A stretch of DNA of 64,000 nucleotides from NCBI GenBank assembly GCA_951804945.1, contig OX638154.1:52018001-52082000 (forward strand), in the 5' to 3' direction. Made by a program: the position numbers and the translations under genes. Positions 54,603-64,000 of the stretch are shown piece after piece. Within the stretch, counting starts at the first letter, position 1. The number at the start of each line of letters is the position of its first letter. Below the pieces are notes generated by a model that did not search any database, was not told where the DNA came from, and saw only the letters and a list, made by a program, of their open reading frames with translations. Source of the stretch: Podarcis cretensis. Its lineage: Eukaryota.

Positions 54603-55500
54603 TAGGGAAGCGAAGCGGAGGAGAGCTGGCGGGGAAAGAGGGCATCCAGCCCGCTCCAATGCCGCCCGCGAGGTCCCGCCGGGAGGTTGCCTGCTGAAGC
54701 TGCGTCTAAGAACCGCCCTGGCGTGCCTCGGCCTTTGTGCAGCCGCCGCCCGGCCCGGTCCGCCCCTTCTTGCAACCCGAGCCCGCCCAGGGGCACAGCA
54801 CCCCCTCCCCAACGGAGCGGGCGGGACCGGGGCGGTGGGAGGGACCTGGCCCCCTATCTGCACCTCAGGAAAAGCCTGCTAAGAAAAGTCCGCTGTGCTC
54901 CCTCTCCAAACCCCTCGAACACTCATCCGGGCAGCGAATGCTGCGTCTCCCCAGTTCCCAGTCTCCGCGGCCTCCAAAACACGCGCGGCGCTGGATCTCT
55001 CCCCCCCCCCTTTATTCCTAGGAACATTAATGGGCAAAGAAAGAAGTTTCTCAATACTGTACTGTTACCAAAGCGTAAAGCCAGTGGGACCCCTTCCGGA
55101 TAAAAACTGGCCGACGTGTGGCTGCTCTTTACCTCCGACTGCTTGGGTGCAAGCGCGGGCGCACCAAGAGCTTCAACGCACACGCTTCCTTCCCCCGGGA
55201 CCCCCGTCTCCACGCTCAACCGACATCCTGTCTGCCTCGTGGGCACGGCTCCTTTAAGAGGCGAGGCTTAACAGGAACGCGGCGGGGCGTTTCCATGGAG
55301 ACGGCGGGTTTATATTCCAGAGAGTTAGAGGGTGGAGGGGGCTCGGATAGGGCAAGACGCCTGGCCCTCTGCCCCTCCGCCCGGTGTCGCAGGTGAGGGC
55401 TACCGCAGAGTTATGTCCGTGAGTCCGTAGGGAGTGAGGAAGTGTGGGGAGAGTAAAAGGTCTGGGGCGGAAGTGGGCTCGGTGGGCCGAGACGTAGGTG
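54600..55500. promoter_or_regulatory. CpG-island bidirectional promoter (VWC2-like gene / CCDC24) with an RFX X-box
   Basis: CpG-rich. X-box-like GTTTCCATGGAGAC 55289-55302, GC boxes, ETS CGGAAGT ~55468. Donor CAG|GTGAGG at 55392/55393 (CCDC24 non-coding exon) and acceptor at 56746/56747. Confidence 0.75.
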
Positions 55501-55561
55501 AGTTAAGCACTGGGGAGCAACTATGGGGAGGGATAATGGGCAATAGGTTACATTTGGGGCT

Positions 55562-55711
55562 ATAAACAACTACCTGACATTCAGAAGACATCTGAAGGCA
55601 GTCCTGTTCAGGGAAGTTTTTAATGTGTGACATTTTAATGTATTTTTAATCTTTGTTGGAAGCCGCCCAGAATGGCTGGGGAAACCTAGCCAGATGGGCG
55701 GGGTACAAATA

Positions 55712-55759
<48 letters not shown>
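55562..55759 (+). mobile_element. L2-type LINE 3' end with (AAT)16 tail
   Basis: gaagacatctgaaggcag..ggaagccgcccagaatggctggggaaacctagccagatgggcggggtacaaata, then (AAT)16 at 55712-55759. Shorter copy of the same end at ~51025-51083. Confidence 0.7.
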
Positions 55760-56423
55760 TACGATTAACGGGAATTAGTATGACTCTCGAGGTTAATGTG
55801 AGGGGATGAGTTTGGTATATGGAGAGCAAGAAAAATTATATGCTCTTATTCTCTGGTGGCCCACGTGGGAGAAAGGTGAGTGCAAGTAACATGATTTGTA
55901 GACAGTAGTGCAACTCGGGGGGAAAGTACAGAGCACCACAAAAATGGGGTGCCTCAAATGGCCATCTAGAGAGTGTCAGGTGATGGAATCAGGAACAAAC
56001 GACCTGTGGCAGCACCTGGGCTGGCATGGGCATGTTGTGGTCTATTGGCGCTGATGGTAGTCACAGCGGCATCCTTGTTTTCTACAACAGTTTTAGTCAG
56101 AGGGTGGTTAGCCAGGCATGTACATGGCACTCAATTCTATTTTTTACTTTTATTTTCATCCTTGGTGCTCCCCCCCCCCCCAAATAAACGTATTTAACAT
56201 CAGGGCAGCAGAAGCAAATTCCATTGTATTCCTGTAATGCTAGTGCTATGACTTAAGTGAGTTTAGAATGTGAAACTGTACATGCTCAGAGTATTTCACA
56301 ACCATTTATCTATCGTGCTAATGTATCAGGAATGTAGGAGCAGTTATAAAACATGGGAATGGCTTAACTGACAACTGACAAATGTAATATGTGTAGCTGT
56401 CTAATGGGAGAGGGGTGTAAAAC

Positions 56424-56623
56424 CATGGATGTGGCCAGGATTTTAGTTGGGGAGGGACAAAGTTGTTGAGCTTTTCTTGGGAAATCATGGGTGAAAATAC
56501 TTCATAAATAGGATATTGCGGGGGGCCAGGCTTCTGTTGGGGGGGGGGCAGAACCTCAGATAATTGAATACTTTCAATGGTTTTCAATAATATTTGTGAA
56601 TCTTGGGAGGACAGCAGCCCATG
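56424..56623. mobile_element. hAT-type MITE, 200 bp
   Basis: Short TIRs CATGG / CCATG. Perfect 8-bp TSD TGTAAAAC (56416-56423, 56624-56631). Confidence 0.7.
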
Positions 56624-56778
56624 TGTAAAACCATTAAGTTCAGTGTCTAAAATTACCTAGGTGCACCACTGCATGTTGCACCAAGTAGTTGTGATGTGGA
56701 GCTTCTACTCACTGTCTCATTGGCACAATCTTTTTTTCCTTTAAAGCCTCATTTATCGTGGAATCGGATACAGCACCC

Positions 56779-59700
56779 ATGTTGCCCTTGCCTGGTGCAT
56801 CTGGGGAATCCTTGCAGTCCGTACCATCACTCTGGACAATGGTAGAGGAACAATTAGCACCCAGTGAGAGGCTTGAGGCGAAAGCTATCTTGGGTCATGG
56901 CCTTGTGGAACGGAGCTTGGAACTTCATGCTGAGGTTAAGTACCAAAATACTGGATCTCCTATTCAAAATGATTCACAAAAGAGCAGAACAAACAAACCA
57001 CCTCTCTTACTACACAATTTAGAAGTGGCTGGTGACAAAGGGATATCTGAATAAAGCATCAAATCTAGGTCTTATCAGCTAAAGAGGCAGCACTAATTTT
57101 GTAAGGGGATTTGACTGATGAAAGGGCCCGCCTTTCATGTCTATAGATTGAGTGGCGTGGACAGTGCTAAAATTGAGTGGAGCTAAGGGAGGGCTTGGGC
57201 GGGACGCGGGTGGCGCTGTGGGTAAAAGCCTCAGCGCCTAGGGCTTGCCGATCGAAAGGTCGGCGGTTCGAATCCCCGCGGCGGGGTGCGCTCCCACTGC
57301 TCGGTCCCAGGGCCTGCCAACCTAGCAGTTCGAAAGCACCCCCGGGTGCAAGTAGATAAATAGGGACCACTTACTGGTGGGAAGGTAAACGGCGTTTCCG
57401 TGTGCTGCGCTGGCTCGCCAGATGCAGCTTTGTCACGCTGGCCACGTGACCCGGAAGTGTCTCCGGACAGCGCTGGCCCCCGGCCTCTTGAGTGAGATGG
57501 GCGCACAACCCCAGAGTCTGTCAAGACTGGCCCGTACGGGCAGGGGTACCTTTACCTTTAAGGGAGGGCTTATAAATTGTATTAAGCCCCCTTCCACTGG
57601 GCAATGGCCACTAGTTTTGGCATACATGCATTTTCATATAGAGTAGCATTCATGTGTATGATAATCTTGTATGGAGAAAACCTCTGGTTTGCCACTTACA
57701 TCTGCTTTGAGTGCTGTTTAATTTAAGTGAAAGGAAAGCATATCTGAGAAGGCAAGTCAAGGAGGGGATAAAATATTGCAACCACCCCCTCCCTATTTGA
57801 CAAGGTCCCCATTTGCCAGCTCCCAGCTCAGCTGGTTCCTAATGCTTGGCCAGAGCCCCTAATCCATGCTATTCCAGGCCCTTTGTTCTCCTCCAGCCAT
57901 TCATGCCCTTTCTTTATTCAGCATGGTCCTGACTGCAGCTGAGAAGAACAGTAAACATCCCAGAGGCTTTTCACATGGTAATTGCCTTACCTCCTCCTGA
58001 AACCAGAAGAGCAAGCACAGCACACCCTGACAAGATGGCACCTTTTTCACTCTATCACTTCTTCATGTTAGAGCTTTGCTTGAGATCCAGCCCCCCCCAT
58101 TGTGATTAGTGACCCCTCCCCAGCCTTTATGGGGTCTCTCACCTGGCTGTCTATTACTTCTTCATCACAAGCCTGATAAATGTAGCCCAGGTACTGCCTG
58201 TCTCCCTGCTGTGTTCTTGTATGTGTCCCCGCTCCCCTCCCCAATTGGATATCTGAGAGGCCGCCCAGGGAAGCAGCTGTACCATAAAGTTCCTCTTGTG
58301 GATGTGTGGGGCCAGAAAGGGAGTTCTGGCGCTCGCCTGCCTTACAAATATCCTGCAGATATTTTTGCGGCATGACCTTGACTTTCCTCATGGGGGGAGG
58401 GAGAGAATGATTGTGGGTGGGCTGTCTGCAGCTTTGCACCTTTTATGGAGTGTACAGACAGCAACAAAGTAGTGCCCTCTTGCCAGCTACATTGGAATGA
58501 CAGTGTCCTGGCTGGTGTTCTTATCTTCTGCAGGCAACTTTGCCCACTTTCTGCAAAAGAGTTGTTTTTTTAAAACCTAAAAACTTCACTCTTAATCCTA
58601 AAATACACTTCACATAAACTAATAGCCTCATAGTCTGTTCCCAGTCTTTGGGGAGATGCAACATTTTACTGAATTTTAGTGTGCTCTCTCACACACTTAT
58701 CACATTTGAGGCATCTTTTATTCCCTTGATGCATGACATACTTCCAGAAAGTTGTCAGTTCCCTGACTGTGGCCTTTATGAAATGTAATTGTCTACCATC
58801 AGGTGAGTAATTAACCCATGGCTAGGTATTGGTTTTCTTTTCTTGCAGGCAGGCACCTGGCTTGATTTCCAGGTGTGCAGAATAGCAATACTGGAATGGG
58901 AGTGCAACTTGTATTTTTAGGTTGTGTCAGTGCTTCATCATTTGGGGAGGTGGAGGGTGGGGGAAAGATTACTTTGAGAAAGTTACTGCAGTTTGTGTCA
59001 ATGTGCACATGTGTGAATTTCTGCGTGTGGCAATGCACTGTCCCTAATGCAGTCCAACCCCTTCCCTATTTACAGGTGCGGACACTGTTGGAATTACATC
59101 AGGAGTTGCAGTCAGGCCGCCTTGGAGTGGAGCAAAGCCCACTGCAGGCGGATGACAGCTGGGCCTTGCTGGCAGCTCCCCCCCACCTCAAGGAGCTGGT
59201 GAGGGAGGAGATCCGCCTTCTTCTAATTGGCCTACAGCAGAAGGCATCGCAGGAGGGCAGGTACTGGAGATTGGAAGAGAAGGGACTTGAGAGAATTAAG
59301 GGCTGAGTTGAGGGGGAGCAGGTAGTAGGGATAGAAGAAAAGCAAGCAGAATATCTTAGGACCTGAAGCATATTTGATATAAAAATGAGCCCATTAGTTT
59401 CCAACTGATGTGGCTGGTGGTATTTATGTGTGCAGAATGGGTGAGTTTTATATCATCTTTGGGCCAAAGCAGTCTAGATTGAGGAAGCCATAACTATTTG
59501 TTATGAGAGGCTTAGAGTTTCATGGGACAAATCAGTTAGGAGGCTAGACAATAACCTGATTGTCTCTCTTAACAAGAACAGGATGAGGGAAACCTCTGAT
59601 TCCACTCAGATATAAATAAGTCCAGTGCCACCTAGTGACTAAACTATATATTTACACTATTGACACAGTATTCTTTCTCCCTTTGCCTTCTAAGGGTGAC

Positions 59701-62700
59701 TGTTCCAGAAATGCTTACTAGGAAATATCAGCTCCAGTGCAATTTAATTGGCAGTTCCAGTATAGTTTCAACATGATTGCCGCTCGGATGGCCAATGTCC
59801 AGCAAAAATAACCTGTACCAAACATATGTTTGCACCACACACCTCCATCTGTAACTTGCGCTCCCATTCAAGTGCAGCTTGTCAGTTTGTGTATCTCTCT
59901 AGTCTTTTTTATCTGTAGAATTAATTCCAGCCTTACATTCCCATTCTTTGGGTCTCAATAATATAACCTTTGTCATTCCCACTTAGCTCCCTTACATCAT
60001 GCAGGAACTGCATTGCTGAGCGCCTCTATCAAGAATGCCAGTCCTGCTAGTGCGTTTGTTTTTTATGGTGTGTTCAGTCCATAGCCTGAGGCTGGGATTA
60101 TGTCCCACCTCCAAGTTCAAAGTGAGCATTCATCCAAGTAAGCACTGGGATCAGCACCTGCTGGAACCCTTGCCTGAGGATTTGCTCCCTGCCTTAGCCC
60201 TGTGTAACCAATGAATAGCTCAGTGAAGGCACGGATTAGAACAGGCTGGCTAGTAAGGGATGAGCTCTCAAACTCCCCATGCTGGAGTTGTTTGTACCAT
60301 GTTGCCATATCGGAGAATCCCTTCACACCCTTTAAACCTTTCTACTATCTCTCAGTCACAACCTGAAATTCTGCATTTGTTACTTACTTTCAAATAGCTC
60401 CCCTCTTGTTGAATTGACATGAGCACAGGTCATGGCTCCCTGTGTTCTGCCTAGAACTGGGTGGTCTAATAAATGGCCTGAGGGCTGCATGTAGCCCTCA
60501 AGGCCTGTTTTGTTGGCACGGGCAACATTTGACACCCTCCCCAGCCCTCATGCTGCCTTCCCAAAGCCAGATAAGCAAGACACTAGGCTTAGGGAAGGAG
60601 GTGTAAAGGATCTGGCAGGGTCCTAAAGTCCTCCTGTCTCCTACCCAAAGCCCAATTACTGCTTCCCTGGAGTGCTCTAGGACCCTCCCAAAGCCTGTTG
60701 TCTCACTTAGCTGGCTTTGGGAAGGCAGGGCAAGGACTGGGGGGTGGCATCAGATTTTTGCCTCAGTCTCCCCACTGCACAATACAGTATGTGTTCTGTT
60801 GGTTCTGTGTCAAACTACTTTTGTGGTCTACCTTGGTATGGAAAATTGGACCTCACTGGGCTCTTTAGTCCAGCTTGTTTTTCCTTTTAGGCTTCTATTC
60901 ATTCCAGCTACTGGGTGGTTTTGTGACCCAGCACTGCCACCAACTGGTCTTCTCTTGTCCTTGTCAGCCCAAAGACATACAGCTATGTTTTCTGCTTCAC
61001 AGGAACCAAGATTGTGCCATCGCTAAATACAGCCCTCATGTGGTCACCTTTGCACTGAAGGCAAATGCTGGCAATAGTCAGTCTTCATCTGGGAGCAGTG
61101 CCCTAATCAGGTAAGACTGAAGGAAGCTGCAGCCTCCACACAATGAGCTTCTGGGCTGTGACTTGTTCTTACCCGGAACACCATGAACTGTATCACCACA
61201 GGAGGTCTCAGAATCCAGGACTGATTTTGTCTGTAGGAAGCCTAACACCACAGAGTGCCATATGCCATAGACTTAGAAACCTAGCAGCGATAGGTTCTTT
61301 TTGCATCTATGGGCAGTTTGGGGCTGATCACTATTATCCCATTTGATGCTTATACAAGTTCCAGGAGCGGGGTCTTGCAATGAGTTGGCCTCCCTGCTGG
61401 TTTCAGTCCCATTGTGGCATTAATCTAGAAATGTGTTTGTATTATTTATATAGATATGCATATTATGCATATGTAGAATTAGCAATGGTGTGCCCACTTA
61501 AATTATAAGTCTCCATTTTGGATAGAACCTTAATGTTAAGTCAGAGAGGCTGTGAAATGACAGACTCAGCCAGCAAAGATGGGGCAATATCAATGGGGTG
61601 GGGTGGGGAGACTCACTGAGCAAGCAGAAATCTTTGTGCAGGGCTTCCACTGACAGTGATGTAGGTGAATCCCACCCCTAGTATGTTTTCCTTTTATATC
61701 TAGTTGAAGAAACCAAGAGCAGGTTGGTATGCGAAGGTACAGTCTCTCAAACATCTTGGTGAGGTTCCTGGGCATATCAGCTCCAGTTTCTGTGGTGTTA
61801 AGTACCACCTGTAGGTGAGTTTCAGAATGAGTTCCCTTCTTTTGGCTGATATGGACTTAAAGGGAGGTATAGACCACATTCTAGTCCATTGGGTGGGGTT
61901 AATTTCATAGCCTATATCATGCTCCCATTGTTCTTTGATTGCATCAGTGTTGTGGGGATTTACTTTAGTTTGTTTTGGAGAAATGGGTGTGCTGTTGTGG
62001 GGATGTTTTCGATGGTATCCCCATGAATTTTTGTTCCTCTGCAGTTATGGTTGGCATGGTCAGCCCTGTTAGGAATCTTCTGATTTCCTGTTCAGGTGGG
62101 TTGTGGGAGGTGTATAGGTTGGCATAAAATTCTGAGGTTATTTCTTTGGTGGTGGATGTTAACGCAACCGTCTTTTATAGTGACACAGTATATACTTGTT
62201 TTGAGTGATTCCCCCCCCCCCTCGCATCTGTTTGCTAATAGTCTGGAGTTCTTCCCTCCATATTCGTAAAAGCATTGTTTAGGGTATAGGATGTTAATCA
62301 TTGTTTTATTGATTTCTGGAGAGTCAATTTCCCTTCTTTTTTGTTCTATGAATTTAAGGAGTTTTTTTGGCTTCTGTTTGTTTGTAGTGTGATGACAAGG
62401 TTGAAATGTCTTGTTCTAATTTACCAATTTTTGAGGAAGTTTGTTTTTTAAGGGATGTCCTCTCCTTTATGTAAGCTCCTCTGATGACCACTTTCATTGT
62501 GTCCCAGAGAAGGGGGGTTGCAATGTTGTCTACATCGTTGTCCTTAAAGTAGTTTTGGAGAGTTTTCAAGAGACTCTCTAGGTAGTTTGTTTGTGGTTAG
62601 GATGGGGCTGAAGGACCATGATTGGGTAGTTTATGCTTCCTCTCCTGTTAGGAGGGTTGCTTCTACTGGGGCATGGTCTGTGATTTTAATGTTCTGTGTC

Positions 62701-63049
62701 TGAGTCCTAAGAAGCATGCTAGTTCGGTTTGATGAATCCCTGTCCTGTGACAGCCATACAGAGAGGATGGGAGTACAACTCATTGAAAGAGACTAGGGGT
62801 CCTGGAAAGAAAATGACTGACATCCCCAACCAAATTCTGTTACCTGATCCTTGTGCCAGTGTCCCATTCAAGCTTTGTTTAGTGCAGGAATGCCCAGTTG
62901 CAGGCATCAAGCCCGTCTGGCCACAGGAAAATGCAAGTCTCACCCAATTTCTGTTTCCTTAGGCCATTATTCTCCAGAACCGCTAATCTGGAATCCTTCT
63001 GTAATAAACTGAATATTGCCCATATCAGTGAGGTAGCCTCTCAACTTCG
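56779..63049 (+). CDS. CCDC24: Coiled-coil domain-containing protein 24, 5' part (continues beyond the window)
   Basis: Exons: 56779-56934, 59076-59260, 61003-61110, 62963-63049. GT-AG, phases consistent. PSLWTMVEEQLAPSERLEAKAILG..SLELHAEV..LLAAPPHLKELVREEIRLLLIGLQQKASQEGRNQDCAIAKYSPHVVTFAL..KLNIAHISEVASQLR matches recalled CCDC24 blocks and is syntenic with B4GALT2. Confidence 0.88.
57197..57558 (+). mobile_element. Full-length Sauria-type SINE, young
   Basis: tRNA-like head (A box TGGCGCTGTGGG, B box GGTTCGAATCC), body with AAGTAGATAAATAGG, tail (ACCTTT)n. Perfect 13-bp TSD TAAGGGAGGGCTT (57184-57196, 57559-57571). CpGs retained. Confidence 0.92.
61700..62710 (-). mobile_element. Degraded, internally deleted L1 ORF2 fragment in a CCDC24 intron
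   Basis: Minus-strand blocks ITDHAPV (endonuclease end), LWDTMKVVIRG, FYEYGGKNSRLLA and EIRRFLTGLTMPTITAEEQKFMGIP, then directly QWEHDIG..LKLTYRWYLTPQKL..PRCLRDC (C-terminal region). Confidence 0.8.
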
Positions 63050-64000
63050 GTAAGTTTTTGCTCTATTAGGTTTTTTATTTGCACAAATATTGTAAGAGGG
63101 AAGAAGGCACAAGAGGGTTACAGGTATCCGTTGCAGGTGTCTGGAAGGCAGATATAACAGAAGACCTTGTGTCTGAGAACAGTAAACTCACTGCAGAGAC
63201 AGAAGGGAAGCTGGGGATGGCATTGTGTGAAAATGTGTGCAGATGGACCCAAGCAGCTTGTATTCTACCTTCTAACTCTCCCCATCATCTGTCTCCCAGT
63301 CTGGCCTATACCACAATCATGAAGACAAGGAGGGGCAAGAGTCTCTTTCCAAACTTCCTCAGGGTACAGATATAATTTTTATGGCACATTTTGCTCTGTG
63401 TAATTGCAAGGAGTGAAGCAGATGAAACAACAGTTGTGGCAGAACTTGGTGGGAAGGGCATAGCATAAAAAGGTGGGAACCTCAAGAGAAGGTCAAGAAG
63501 CAACACAGGAGTGTGGTGTCTAAGCCATACATAGTCTTGGCTTCCAGTGCAGTCTCCAGTGGGGAACACACAAAGGGCTTTGTAAAGATTCTTCCATCTT
63601 GTGCCACTGGGCATCCTGCAAATTCCAGGCAGTATGTACAGTTATTGAAGGGAGCTTGCTAAAGTCCACCCTCAGAAATGCCAGAAAGTGTTCACCAGCC
63701 AGGAACTTGGGGAACTCTGAATAAGGAGAGCAGCAGAGTACAAAACAAGGTTTAGAAACACTGTCAGCATTAGAGATACTTGTGCCTAGTTACGAACTGC
63801 TTCAAAGTAGCGTGGTTTTCTCTTCTCATCCCTAGCAACATGAGCTGCCATTGCAAGCAGATGGTGGCTATCCTCACATCTAACTTTCATTTGAATTGCC
63901 AGCCCCTACATTGGGAACGTAAACAAAAAGTGAGGAAGATGTGGAGACACCAAGTCTGCAATGCTGGCAATTGCTTTCTGTCCCAAATGTATCACCTCCT

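Noticed and set aside
55295-55392. ATG 55295 as the CCDC24 start codon
   Set aside because: Spliced to acceptor 56747 it is out of frame with the conserved CCDC24 sequence and stops within that exon; the ATG is the centre of the X-box.

Overview
Vertebrate genomic DNA, most likely from a squamate. The Sauria-type SINEs and repeat mix suggest a lacertid lizard (inference). Five spliced genes were reconstructed by hand with GT-AG junctions and consistent phases: DPH2 (-, 475 aa), ATP6V0B (+, 205 aa), B4GALT2 (+, 371 aa), a divergent brorin/VWC2-family secreted cysteine-rich gene (-, ~224 aa), and the 5' part of CCDC24 (+). DPH2/ATP6V0B and the VWC gene/CCDC24 each form a head-to-head pair on a CpG island, and B4GALT2 and the VWC gene end tail-to-tail. 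Introns hold a young 5'-truncated L1 nested in an older L1, an RT-less L1, two Sauria SINEs, several hAT and Tigger-type MITEs, L2/CR1-tailed SINE fragments and a Penelope-type fragment. Top leads: (1) the VWC2-like paralog, at a position where I recall no such gene in mammals; (2) a hammerhead-ribozyme core, sense to ATP6V0B intron 1; (3) DPH2 inverted relative to mammals and sharing a CLEAR/E-box promoter; (4) a MITE family spreading the ZNF143/THAP11 motif. Family assignments rest on recalled motifs; no searches were run.
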